Below, one piece after another: positions 49,903 to 62,990 of a DNA stretch of 64,000 nt. This DNA is from Okamejei kenojei. Taxonomy: Eukaryota. The notes under the pieces were generated by a model that was not told the DNA's origin, did not search any database, and saw nothing but the letters and a program-made list of their open reading frames with translations. Position 1 is the stretch's first letter, and each line of letters starts with the position of its first letter. The stretch lies in NCBI GenBank assembly GCA_035221665.1, contig CM069160.1, positions 10,168,001 to 10,232,000 on the forward strand. The letters run 5' to 3'. The translations under genes and the position numbers were made by a program.

Positions 49903-50998
49903 TGGCCTCATTCTTCAGAGAACGGGGATTCCCCTCCCCCACTATTGATGAGGCTCGCACCAGGGTCTCCTCCATACCCCGCAACACTGCCCTCGCTCCC
50001 CATTCCCCCACTCGCAAACAGGGCAGAGTCCCCCTGGTCCTCACCTTTCACCCCACCAGCCGGCAAATACAACATATAGTCCTCCGCCAGTTTCGCCACC
50101 GTCCAACGTGACCCCTCCACCCGCCACATCTTCCCATCTCCCCCCCCTGTCTGCCTTCCGCAAAGACCGCTCCCTCCGCAACTCCCTTGTCAATTCTTTC
50201 CTCCCCTCCCACTCTAACCCCTTCCCCGGGCACTTTCCCTTGCAACCGCAAGAAATGCACACACTTGTCCCTTCACCTCCCCCCTCCACTCCTTTCAGGA
50301 CCCAAGCAGTCCTTCCAGGTCCGACAGAGGTTCACCTGCACCTCCTCCAACCTCATCTACTGCATCCGCTGCTCCAGATGCCAGATGATCTATATCGGTG
50401 AGACCAAGCGGAGGCTTTGGCGATCGCTTCGCCGAACACCTCCGCTCGGTCCGCAATAACCAACCCGACCTCCCGGTTGGCTCAGCACTTCAACTCCCCC
50501 TCCCATTCCACATCCGACCTCTCGGGTCCTGGGCCTCCTCCACGGCCAAGTGAGCAACAACCGCAAGCTGGAGGAAACAGCACCTCATATTCCGCTTGGG
50601 GAGCCTGCATCCTTTGGGCTTGAATATTGAATTTTCTCAATTCTGTTAACCCTTGCTGTCTCCTCCCCTTCCCACCTCTCCATCAGACCCTCGGGCCCTG
50701 GGCATTCCCTCTATCTCTATCTCCCTCCCCCACCCCAGTCGCACCAGCTTCTCATTTTCACACCACAAACAGCTTACAATGGTAATAAAGGGAACAATGG
50801 CTTGTTCCCTTTATCACCGATACTTTTTTGCATATCTTTCACTCATTGTTCCTTATCTCTCCACATCACCGTCTATATCTCTCGTTTCCCTGATCCCTGA
50901 CCAGTCTGAAGAAGGGTCTCGACCCGAAACGTCGCCTATCTCCTTCGCTCCTTAGATGCTGCTGCACCGCTGAGTTTCTCCAGCTTTTTGTGTACCCT
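49903..50998 (+). mobile_element. Penelope-like element, mirror copy
   Basis: IYCIRCSRCQMIYIGETKRR; reverse complement of 6650-7713. Confidence 0.9.
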
Positions 50999-51046
50999 TC
51001 ATTTATTCATTGTTCATTCACTCATTCACTCATTCACTCATCCATT

Positions 51047-51237
51047 NNNNNNNNNNNNNNNNNNNNNNNNNNNNNNNNNNNNNNNNNNNNNNNNNNNNNN
51101 NNNNNNNNNNNNNNNNNNNNNNNNNNNNNNNNNNNNNNNNNNNNNNNNNNNNNNNNNNNNNNNNNNNNNNNNNNNNNNNNNNNNNNNNNNNNNNNNNNNN
51201 NNNNNNNNNNNNNNNNNNNNNNNNNNNNNNNNNNNNN
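51047..51237. other. Assembly gap next to a (TCAT/TCAC)n microsatellite
   Basis: N run at the mirror position of 6436-6609. Confidence 0.99.
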
Positions 51238-53980
51238 TGACAACAACATGGTGGTATTGGGTTAGTTGGGTTTATTATTTCACGTGTACAGTGAAAAGCT
51301 TTGCTCGCGTTATCCATCCAAATCACACAGTATACGAGCAAAATCAAGTTGTACCAAGTCCTACAAGCGGCCGCGCGGTTCAAGGGGAAATTCAAGTTCT
51401 GAAAGTGAAATTCTGTAAAGGCTTGTTCTTTTTTACGCACGATTAAATATACAAGAAGCCAATCGTCCATCAAGTCTGAGGATCACGAGTCGAAACGTGA
51501 AACATCCATGTCCCTCCACAGATGCTGCCTGACCCGTTGAGGCGACAGGCAATTTATGTTTTGTTCAAGTTTCCAGCATCTCCTGGCTCTTGTGTCTCAA
51601 CTCTCTGCCGCCACTCACTCACTGTATTCCCATCAGCCCCACTGCCTGCACTCATTTCTCGCACTCGTACCATCACCTCCCCTCACCCTACCCTATTCCC
51701 CCTTCCCACCACCCCCACACCAACCTACGCTGGGGTCACATCAAGCAGCCAATTCACCGAGAGCCCCTCACGTCTTCGGGAAGTGGCCGGAAACTGGAGC
51801 AGCCGCGGTAAAAGCACGTGGGAGCCGGTTGAATGAACAAAGTCCACACAGGCAGAACCCACGTCGTTGGGTCTCGCTGGCGGCTGCTGTAATCACTGGA
51901 ACACTCCGCCAGCCACAGCAGCGTTTGTGATGGGGTAGTGCAGTGAATTTATCGACTAAATAAGATGCACGCCACCCAGATAAATCGTTATCCATTTATA
52001 TTCTTGATATATTACTTTCTTTGCAGAAACATGTTCCCGATGTTGAGGGAGTCCAGAACCAGGGGCCACCGTTTAAGAATAAGGTGTAAGTCATATAGAA
52101 CGGAGATGAGGAAACACTGTTTCACACAGAGAGTTGTGAGTCTGTGGAATTCTCTGCCTCAGAGGGCGGTGGAGGTCGGTTCTCTGGATACTTTCCAGAG
52201 GGAGCTAGATAGGGCTCGTAGGAGTGGAGTCAAGGGATATGGGGAGAAGGCAGGAACGGGGTACTGATTGGGAATGATCAGCCATGATCACATTGAATGG
52301 CGGTGCTGGCTCGAAGGGCCGAATGGCCTACTCCTTCACATAATGTCTATTGATTTGCATCCTAACCAGTCAAATTAGATTGTACCAAGATAAATACAAT
52401 CAAGTCAACCTCCAGTACAATAGATAGGGAAAAGGGACAGTTACAATGTGCAGCATAGAGTTCTCAGCATTGCAGCGTCACAACCCGCTAACATTTATAC
52501 AATGTCCTCGCATCTCTTTTCGGAGACCACCGAGAGCTTCACCTGCGTAAATCACATTGAACTGCAGCCAGTAATGGCAACGGGAGTTCAGAACCGCATC
52601 AATGAAGGCCCAGAGTACAACAACATCAGCAGAGGGCCACAAAAAGCTGGAGTAACAGGAGGAGTGGATGACGTTTTGGGTCGAGACCCTTCTTCAGACT
52701 GAGAGTCAGGGGAAAGGGAAGCGAGAGATATATACGGTGATATAGTGAGATTCATAAGGGACCCGTTAATCCCTACTCTTTGTTTCCTGTCTGCAACCAC
52801 TTCTCCATCCATGTCAGCACTCTACTCCCAATACCATGTGCCCTAATTTTGTCCACTAATGTCCCTATGTGGGACCTTATCAAATGCTTTCTGAAAGTCC
52901 AGGTACACTACATCCACTGGCTCTCCCTTGTCCATTTTCCTAGTTACATTTTCAAAACATTACAGAAAATTAGTCAAGCATGATTTCCCCTTTGTAAATC
53001 CATGCTGACTCGGACCGATCCTGTTACTGCTATCCAAATGTTCGGCTATTTCATCTTTTATAATTGACTCCAGCATCTTCCCCACCACCGATGTCAGGCT
53101 AACCTTTCTATAATTTCCTGTTTTTCTCTCTCTCCCCACCTTTCCTAAAAAGCTGAATAACATGAGCTATCCTCCATCCACAGGAACTGATCCTGAGCCT
53201 ATAGAACATTGGAAAATTATCACCAATGCATCCACGATTTCTAGAGCCATTTCCGTAAGTACCCTGGGATGCAGACCATCAGGCCCTGGGGATTTATCAG
53301 CCTTCAGTCCCATCAGTCTATCCAAACACAATTTCCTGCCTAATGTGGATTTCCTTCAGTTCCTCCATCAACCCAGATCCTCTGGCCACCACTATATCAG
53401 GAAGATTGTTTGTGTCCTCCTTAATGACGACAGATCGAAAGTACCTGTTCAACGCATCTTCCATTTCCTTATTCCCCATAATCAATTCACCTTTTTCGGT
53501 CTTCATGGGTCCAATTTTGGTCTTAACTAATTATTTGCTATTTTGCCCCTCGGACTGGAAACATCGTCTCCCCGGACAGCTCCCAAGAGGACGTACCTGT
53601 TTTCATTAGGCACAGCCACCTGGGTCATCTGCACTCCAAGATTTCCTCCCTTTCTCTCAGTCGCACATATCGGTTCTTCCCGTGTCCTAGGCGTGACTAC
53701 CTCACTGTAGGTCCTGTCCAGGAAACTCTCGTTTTCCTGGATGGACCTGAGGTCATCCAGCTGCTTCTCCAGTGCCCCAACACAGTCATTTAGCAGCTGA
53801 AGCTGGGCGCACTTGCCACAGTTGTAGCAGCCAGAGGCTCCATTTGTGTCCCTGGGCTCCCACATTCTGCAAGCCTCACACTGTCCCATCTACTCCAACA
53901 TGTGTTCACCGCGTTCACCGCGCTCCGTCCTCTCGAGCTTTATGTGTAGCCTCCTCTCCTCTGCCTCCTCGCCGAAGAAT

Positions 53981-54202
53981 CTCGAACCAAAGACTCACAC
54001 TTTTCTCACAAGGCACTCTCGAGCCAAAGACTCACACTTTTCTCACAAGGCACTCTCGAACCAAAGACTCACACTTTTCTCACAAGGCACTCTCGAGCCA
54101 AAGACTCACACTTTCCTCACAATGCACTCTCGAGCCAAAGACTCACACTTTTCTCACAAGGCACTCTCGAGCCAAAGACTCACACTTTTCTCACAAGGCA
54201 CT
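53981..54202. repeat. 37-bp minisatellite, 6 copies, in CR1 5' UTR
   Basis: Unit ctcgagccaaagactcacacttttctcacaaggcact starting at 53981, 54018, 54055, 54092, 54129, 54166. Confidence 0.92.
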
Positions 54203-55374
54203 TCCCTCACAAGGCCGCTCCCTAAGAGCCGTCTCGCTTATATTGACTGATTAAGTGCCTAATTTACCAATTTACCAACCAAGTTTCGTTTGAACTGGAA
54301 CGAGGTTCAAATGACAACAAATAACTTATATCATTGTATTATTGTATCAAATTCCTCTGTTTTCTCCCTCTGACCTACTTCTAACTCTCCTCCCACTCGG
54401 GCGAGAGCCAGTCACTGCTTTTTCCTGCTTCTCTTTGCAGTTGTTTCTTCAAAATCCTCGGGAGCTCTGTCCTGCTGGGATACTCCATGTGAATGTCCTC
54501 GATTTAACCAGCATCTGCAGTTCCTTCGTAGATCATCCGGAGGTTTTGTTGAATCGTTATAAAACACAGGTTTGTACCCAACTGGTGCATCAAACCTATT
54601 TCTGGTCACGAAACTTAATGAATGACGCGAGGGTCATCGGGAGGGCGCAGGAGATATTCACTGGAATGGTTTCAAGGATGAGGAGATTCGGGCCGAGGGT
54701 GAGGCCGGAGAAGCGGGTGCAGGTTCTCCGTGGAGAATGGAATTTGCAAGCTTTCACAGAGGGTTCAAGCTCGTGTCCGGTGTGGAGAGGGGGGTGAGGA
54801 GGGCGGTGGGGGTGGGGGCGGGATGGGGCGGAGGTCTTTCCCATCTGTGCGAGGTTCAAATGGGCACAGAATTCAGAGAGAGAAGCAACAAGGGGAATAT
54901 GCCTCGGAGTGTAGGAAGGAATTGCAGATGCTGCTTTAAACCGCAGATAGACACAAAATGCTGGAGTAACTCAGCGGGACAGGCAGCATCTCTGGAGAGA
55001 AGGAATGGGTGACGTTTCAGGTGGAGACGGTCTCCAGCATTTTGTGCCTATCTAAGGGGAATAAGGATTGTCAGTTCAGTTTATTGTCGCGTGTTTCTAC
55101 ATACAGTGAAATACTTTTGTTGCGTGCTATCCAGTCAGCAGAAAGACAATACATGATTACAAACGAGCCATGTACAGTGGACTCGATGATGGAATAACGT
55201 TTAGTGCAAGGTTAAACCAGAAAAGTTCGATCACAGTTAAAGTGAGAAATGTTGAGGTGGGAGTAGAGATTTAAGAGTGTGGGGCGATTGTAATATGTGA
55301 TTGTAGATCTGCATCGCACGCAAATAGACGCCTTGGTTGGGCGCCATCTCGGAAGCATTAGCGGCAGGAATGGC

Positions 55375-55670
55375 CTATGGCGCAGCGGTAGAGTTGCTGC
55401 CTTGCAGCGCTTGCAGCGCCAGAGACCAGGGTTCGATCCCGACTACGGCTGCCGTCTGTACGGAGTTAGTACATTCTCCCCGGAGACCGCGTGGGTTTTC
55501 TCCGAAATCTCTGAAACCAAAGACGGGCTAATTGGCCTAGTCGATGTGTAAAATTGTCCCTAGTGTGTGAAGGATAGTATTAATGTGCGGGGATCGATGG
55601 TCGTTGCGGACTCGGTGGGCCGAACGCCCTGTTTTCGCGCTGTTTCTATAAACTAAACTAAACTAAAATA
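55375..55670 (+). mobile_element. HE1/V-SINE-like SINE
   Basis: tggcgcagcggtagag A-box, ggttcgatcc B-box, (TAAAC)n tail. Confidence 0.8.
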
Positions 55671-56641
55671 AACTGATCAGCAAAGTTAACTTTTGCAAAC
55701 AGCAATGAATGTTAGAGGGTCATATAATATACTTCAAACAATACACACGCATAGATTGCCCCGAAGACTGGTGCAATGAGAGACAGGTACACTGTTGTGG
55801 AATAAAATAAGGGCGGAGGGAGGTCTCCGTCCATCCTGATCCCGGCTGTGAACGGAGATGCGGCGGCGGGTTCCACTGCCCAATAGGTGCAACGCCTCCT
55901 CAGATAACACCCGAGGCTTCCTTAGCGCCGGGGCCCCGTCCCCTTCTGTCCTGACTTATCTCGTCCATATTCATGCCAGTTTAATGTCCAATCTACCCCT
56001 CCCTCGTGTGAGATGAGCAGGAAGCTGCCAGGGACATCTTCACACTGAACACTAGTAGCCAAATGGGCAGTAATATTGCCCCAGGACGGCAGCGGCGCAG
56101 CAATACGTACTGTAGGGTGTGTTACCGAAGGAACTGTAGAATGCTGGAGAATCGAGGTACAACAAAAGGCTGGAGAAACCAGCGGGTGCAGCAGCATCTA
56201 GGAGTGAAGGAGATAGGCGACGTTTCGGGTCGAGACCCTTCTTCAGACTGGGAGGGGTTGAGTTTAATTTAGGTTATAGATACAGCGCGCAAACAGGCCC
56301 TTCGACCCACCAGGTCCTCGCTGACCAGCGATCCCCGGACATTAACACTGTCCTACACTAGGGACAATTCTTACATTTACCAAGCCATTTTTTTTTTACA
56401 TTTCCCAAACCTTGGTGAGTGGGGGTGGAAACCGAAGATCTCGGGAGAAAACCCACGCAGATCACGGGGAGACCGTGCAGACTCCGTACAGACAGCACCC
56501 GTAGTCAGGATCGAACCCGGGTCTGTGAGGCAGCAACTCTGCCGCCGCGTCACCGTGACGGTCACGTGTCCATGACCATATTCAGCAGTCAGCTCCACCA
56601 CTCCGTGAAAACACTTTGAAGCAGGAAGAGGAGGATTTAAA

Positions 56642-59600
56642 ATGGCTTCGAAAGACCAGGTGGAGAGTTGAGACACCGAGAGGGGCAGTTTTGTCCCATC
56701 TGCCTGCTTTCTTCACCGGACCCGGTTATACTGGAGTCGTACGACAATTTCTTTTCTTCTGCCGCTCCTGCATCACACAGAGTTGTGACAGGGAGGCGAG
56801 TAACTCCTGCCCGGAATGCAGAGAGGATAGGAGTTTGTGGACCGCAGCCTCAGGGTGAATCGGGCTTGGGCGAGACTGGCTGAGAAAAGCTCGAACGCTG
56901 AGGCCCCGAAAAACTCAAAGAGAAGGAAAAGTAAACTTCACTGCGAGAAACATCAGGAAGAACTGAAGCTGTTTTGTGAAACGGACAAGAAAACTGATCT
57001 GTGTTGATTTTGTGCAGCTGGGCGGGTTACACAAGTCTCACAGCTTCAGCCGGTAGATGAAGCAATTGAATTCTACAAGTTAAAACCAAATCAATTTTGA
57101 TCACATCATTGTCGGAATCTTTTCTTTATTTTTCTGATATTTTCATTTTCTGATCTGAAACCCTACCCCAGGAACAGGTGAAATCTTCTTTCAACTCTCT
57201 CACAGAAAAGAAATCAGAGATCGAGCAAATGGAGCAGAAACAAAAAGAGAGCATTCTGGAGTTCAGGTCAGGCTTTGTGCTATTCGATTTAATTATTTTT
57301 TGTGTAGATTGATCCCTGTGATGTGTGTAATAAGTGGCCGGGGCAGCTGTATATAGAGCTCAGTATCGAGGACCTGAGATCTTTGGAGCGGTTGGCAGCC
57401 GAGGACTTCACTCACTGGAGCGCAGGAGTCTGAAAGAATGATCTATTGCAGGTGTATAATGTCACGAAATGTGAAGGTGAATACTCAGTCTTTTACCCTG
57501 AGTGTGGGCATTGAGCATGCGAGGGCATAGGTTGAAGGCGAGAGGGCATCATATTTAATATGAACATTGAGGGCAACATTGATAGTGGGTGTATGGAGCG
57601 AGCTGCCAGGAGAGTAGCTGATTCAGATACCATAACAATATTTAAAAGATATTTGAACAAATCCTGTGGAGAGAAAATTTTTAAACTGGTGACCAATGCG
57701 GACAAGTGGAAGCAGCTCAGATGGGGCGTCCTTGGTCGGTATCCAACACACCCTTCTGCTGTAATGACTCTATGAAGTCTGTCATTCTAAGTGGTGCCGC
57801 TGTCCGCTAGTTACTGGTGACCTGGTTACTGTCCAGTGAGGGTTAATGGACAACATGAAATGCAATAGGTTGCAGGGAATTGTGTACTGGGAATGGGAAT
57901 TATGTGATTGCACATTAATTTTTCACCAATATTTCAGAATTATCAAAACGAGCTATTGAATTGTTAAGATGAAACTGCAGATGCTGGAGAATCGAGGTTA
58001 CACAAAAAGCTGGAGTAAACTCAGCGGGTGCAGCAGCATCTAAGGAGCGAAGGAGATAGGCGACGTTTCGGGTCGAGACCCTTCTTCAGACTGGTCAGGA
58101 TCAGGGAAACGAGAGATATAGACGGTGATGGTGGAGAGATAAAGAACAATGAATGCAAGATATGCAAATTTAATTGCCAAGGTATTGAAAGCTACGCTTA
58201 AATAACATGCAAATTGGATAAGTGTAGTACATACAGAGCCCAGCATGGACATGTTGGGCCGAATGGCATAGTTCTGCACTCAGGACTCAACATTAATTGA
58301 CCAAATGTCACCTTCCATTTCACGAGGAAACACAGCAGAGTGACACAATATATTGATTCTCATCTTTCATCTGACAGGAAGCGTCACGCAACCTTCAGTC
58401 ACAGACCACATCCCAGTTTGCTGAACTGCACCAGATTCTCACTGAGAAAGAGCAGTGCATACTCGGAGATATCCGGGAAGAAGAGGCGAAGATTGTAAAA
58501 GAAATGGAGAAAAATCTTCAAGAGATTCAAGAGAATTTAAATTGCATTCAGGAGGAACTCTCAAAGTTACAGGAACAGATAAACCACAAGGACGGCGTGT
58601 TATTTCTGAAGGTGAGGGGTTACACTACAGTTTGGTGAAGGGAAAGTGTAGTCTCAAAATGGTGGGTTAAATCCCTAAAATAAATGCTGCATTTACCAGT
58701 AATTCAGTACTGGGTCAATGTTCCGTCTGTTCCATCTACTCACCACATCCGACAATAATGCCCCAAATTCCAGGAATCATCATGCATTTATCCCACTTCA
58801 ACTTAACTTTATCTGCAATATTGTCTTCAGGCCACCCTGTGAGTTCCACGTTCTGTTTACTGCATTTCTTGTGGAATTTATTAAAGGCCATCACACATTC
58901 TTGACTTTAATTTTCTTTTCTCCACAAGTCGTGATAATATTTCCAACCCCTCCCATTTAAATCCGCCGCTGACCTTAAAATATTCCATTCCATTATCTCT
59001 GGCATCTACTCCAGATAAATTTGCCACGACCTGCCCGTTCAACTCGTAAGTTGCATGCTCCTCACAGTTATTTTCATCGATATTATTCCTACTGCTGCTT
59101 TCCTCCGTGTTCGATGTTTCTACAATAATATCCACTTTTAAATCTTTGTGACAGCGGCAAATAGTTGGGAAATGGGAATTATCATGGGGGGGGGGGGGGG
59201 GGGGGGTGTTTTCAGAAAATTTGGTGAAATAACCCCCGTCGGGATAAATGATTCATCTCAGTCTATTGAGAATTGTGTTTTATTTATTTCAGAAGAAGCT
59301 GGGGGTCGCAAGAGAGGATGTAGGACAAATGCTTTTTTTGACTGAAACAGAATTGTATGTTTTTTTTATTAGTAAAGCTCAAAAAAAAAAAACAGCTAAT
59401 GCTCAAGGTTTCTAACCAGTCTGTTAAATATTTGCAGGGTTGGTGATGAACCAAACCAATGTTGGTATGGTGTTTAAACACCACCCATTGAAAAAGTTTG
59501 AATTATGGTGCGTTACCCATTGAAAAGTTGATCTCACTTTTTTTTCCATCCCAACATGGCATTGAGAGGATATCAATCAGAAACATCTGCACAATACCGT

Positions 59601-61153
59601 GTCATCAAACGAGGTAAAACTGACAAACACCTCTTACATCTGTTTGACGAAAACTAGGCATCCTCCGGTATTGAAATCCCCGTGCGGCATGACAATAAGG
59701 GGTCGATTGATCTAAGGGCCTCTATCTTGTTGCAGAACTTTTTGACGGACAATCCCTTTTCCTCGCTACCCCCAACCCACCCACATTTCTCATTCGCCCC
59801 AAACGTACTTACTTCACTTTCACATCACTACCTCCTAACTTACAACATCCAAGCACAAAAATAGAAAATAAACAGCAACGGTTGCAGCAAGCACCGATCT
59901 GCTGCTGCACACGGCACCATGTCACAGACCTCCAAGCCAGACCATCCTTCTTTCTTCGCTACACCATTCCCACCTCCAACCACTAAGACAATTTTGGAAC
60001 CATTTACATACAACTCGTCTTGGATCCCACCTCTCCTTCGCTTTCTGGACCAGCCTAACATGCAAGACATTGGCAAGTCCCCCAGTGAAGTTCATATTTG
60101 ATTTCACAATGAGATCATAGTGTTTCTTGGTTTGTTACAGACCATCAAATCCACTCTCATCCTCTAAAGAAAGTAATGAAACGGTAGCAGATTTGTCGTG
60201 TCGTCGACCCTCCAGTCCACTCCCGTTTCAGTATAATCACAGCAACTCCAATTACGCCCGGAGGACATGTATTTTATACATCCTCTTTAACCACTCTAAT
60301 TACACTCACATCCCCTCTTCAATTCCAATCTCCCTCTCCATATACTGGCAAGATATTGAAAACCCCGCCTTAATTCTCATCCCCGCCCACAATTCTCTCG
60401 TCCCTCCTCAATTTCCAGCATTCGTTTTCCGTTCTCGCTCTCTCCCGCCCCCTCCGTTCCCGAGAACCCGCGAATTTCCCCTCTTGCTCTGTTGAGCATC
60501 TCCGGCAAACATGTCTGTGGTCCAATCTGAGGCCGAGCGGCTTCTCCCCCGGTCCCGGGGCGGCGCTGAACCGTGTTCCCACGACCCGGGGTCTCTCTAT
60601 TCTCTGCTTCTACCCCAGTTCTCCTGTCACCCTGGTTGTGGGAACAGCGCATCGGAGCTCGAGGTGTCTGGGATCGGAAGCGGGTGAGATGGACCGGGAC
60701 CTGGTGGAGTCTCCTGACAACGGAAGATGTTTTATATACTGGGAGTGTGTGCTTGGATCGGAGGGATTCACATCGGGGTGATGAGACATTACTGGGAGGT
60801 GGAGGTAGCGGGGAGTCAGGACTGGGTGTTCTGGGAGTCGCCGCAGGAGTCTGTGGAGAGGAAAGGAGGAGGCAGGGACTGACCCGGTGACTGGAGATAT
60901 GGAGCATCACGAGATGATGACGAGTTTGTTGCAATCACCTCCCCTCCTTCCCCTCTCCCCGCCCTCCATCCCCGGGAGGGTGGGTGTTTTTCTCGTTACA
61001 GTGTCGGGACAGTGTATTTTTTACGACGCGAACACCAAGAACTCATCTACACACCCTTCTCTGGGAATAAATTCACGGGCAACTTATCCATTCTTCCAGA
61101 CTTATGAAGACCAGTGGCTGAGAATCTGCTCGGATCCGCTCCGGTGTCGTTAA
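56642..61153 (+). pseudogene. TRIM gene A' (mirror of A, complete structure); exons ~56642-57078, 57172-57266, 58378-58611, 59293-59316, ~59439-59613, 60619-61153; frameshifts possibly noise
   Basis: [37 protein letters not shown]; exon 3 open (EASRNLQSQTTSQFAELHQILTEKEQ...VLFLK, 234 bp); degraded PRY/SPRY (IPGRVGVFL, YPFF..DQWLRICS). Confidence 0.8.
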
Positions 61154-62990
61154 AAGGGTCGGGTCCGGGATCCGGCGTCAGGAGCGGGGCTCAGGGCGTG
61201 GGGCCAGAAACCCGGTGGACAACAGGTCAGGCCGCTGATACGAACGGCTCCCATTTAATCCCCAAATTCCGCGTCGTGAAAAACCCAATGGTGAGCGCGG
61301 AAATAAAACCAGGGGGAGTGTAAATGTGGGAAGAGTGAAATAAACAGACATACTGACAATCTGAGCTGTCGGTCGAGCCGTTCATTTTAACGCGTTAACC
61401 CCGCGTCGGCAACGAACAGGAAATGACTTATGTGAAAAAATTTAAAGATTGAAACAATCGCCCTTTCCTGCGGTTCAGCAGCCGCGGCGGGCGGCGGGTC
61501 TGAGCTCGGGCTCCCCGGTTCTTTAGTCGGCCGTCTCTTAGATTCAGGTGACTTAATAGCGTGTAGCAGCATTTGATCTCCACACAACAGATAAGTTTCT
61601 CTCGACGGATCTGTGGAAGAAATGGGGTCAAACCGAATTCCCCATTCAGGTGGAGCCGTTGTTTGCTCAGCTTCTCTGCCTGTCTCTCTGTGGGATCCGC
61701 AGTTCATTCCCTGTTTCATCGCCGCCAAGACCCCTCCCTCTCCTCTTCTCAGGTACAGCATGTCTGTATCGGTGGGCTTTCCTGCTCGGTCACCGCTTTA
61801 ATCATCGCGTCTTCTCCCTCACTGCCAGTCTCCATCCAGCTCCCAGTTTGCGTGGTCGAGCCGTGACACTACACTTTGCATTTCTCGCCGTCTCTTTCGC
61901 CTGTTTCAGAGAAACCCGAGGGACAATGTCCATTCCAAGACGCGACGCCAGGGGCCTACTTCGTCTATCCAATACCCCTGTTTTGCGCATAAAAATGAGA
62001 TTATTCCTCCAAGATCGAGTGAGCTCCAAAAGCAACTACCCGCTTACATTTTACACAATGTCCTCGACGTCTCTTTTAGCGAGACCCAAAGTGCTGTACT
62101 GTGGAATCTCCTGTGCGCAGCCAGGAATGGCAAACTGAATTGCAGGAGTCAATTTGCCAGACAGGGCATTCACAGACAGAGTTTAAAAGCTAGCCTTATA
62201 TGTCCAAAGCGATTTGGGGATTTTTCAATTGGAGTATTTAGAAGCACCAAGTACATACTTCATATAAACGCAATCTTTCTATTCGGTTTCTTATGTATGT
62301 TACTGGTCGCGCGAATGATCTAACTGCAACAAACTGTGTTTTAAATGTATCTGGTGTATTAATCTAAGACCTGCACATTGTAAGTGGGCTTGATTTCAAT
62401 TTTACAACCCTTTTCCATGTTTTCCTCTCTGATTATCTGCCTCAGATTCTTCTTCTTTCAATCAATCCATAGGTGAAACTTTAATCGCGCCCTCAGCACA
62501 AAGTGAGAAATTGTCATGGAGTTCGTTAATTGTTATGTACCGAGGCGGAGTAATGAAATTCTTACTGTTATTAGTCTAAATGTTCTATTTCAGCCTCACT
62601 GCTTTCCCAACCTTAAAAATGCGGCGAACACCTCTCTTCCTGACTCCAATGTTAGTAAATAATCCTCGTCCTCATTCAAGGATTGTTGACATTCCATCCC
62701 CCGTGTCAGTAATATTCAATGGCTTGTAATCAGCATTCCCAACTCACAATAAAGTGGGTTGCAAAAATCTCTGACTCAGACCTTTGTGCCTGAGCCCAAG
62801 ACCTCTGTTTGTGCGGTGTGGACCAAAGATGCGATAGTCAAGTGGGCTTGGGATGGTGTCCGAAGTTGGCCAGGCAGGGTATGTGGGTGATGACTTGAGT
62901 TCGCATTCCGTGTCTATGGTTCGAAAATTGCCCTGACCCTGTCAGGTCAGGATGCACATAAAAAAAACATTATTGTTATTGATGGTTGTT
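61154..62990 (+). repeat. Third copy of the TRIM 3' flank (segmental duplication)
   Basis: Collinear with 42517-42778 + 47630-49165 and with the reverse complement of ~8440-10250; lacks the Gypsy element. Confidence 0.85.

Larger units (their letters stand above)
29158..58354. repeat. Right arm of large inverted duplication (with extra Gypsy element)
   Basis: Reverse complement of 1..23415; ORF-track pairs such as 5745..6119(-)/51556..51930(+) and 4978..5229(-)/52448..52702(+) are near identical. Confidence 0.95.

Noticed and set aside
53981-54202. 37-bp repeats resembling a CRISPR array
   Set aside because: Units are contiguous with no unique spacers, there are no cas genes, and the context is a vertebrate LINE 5' UTR.
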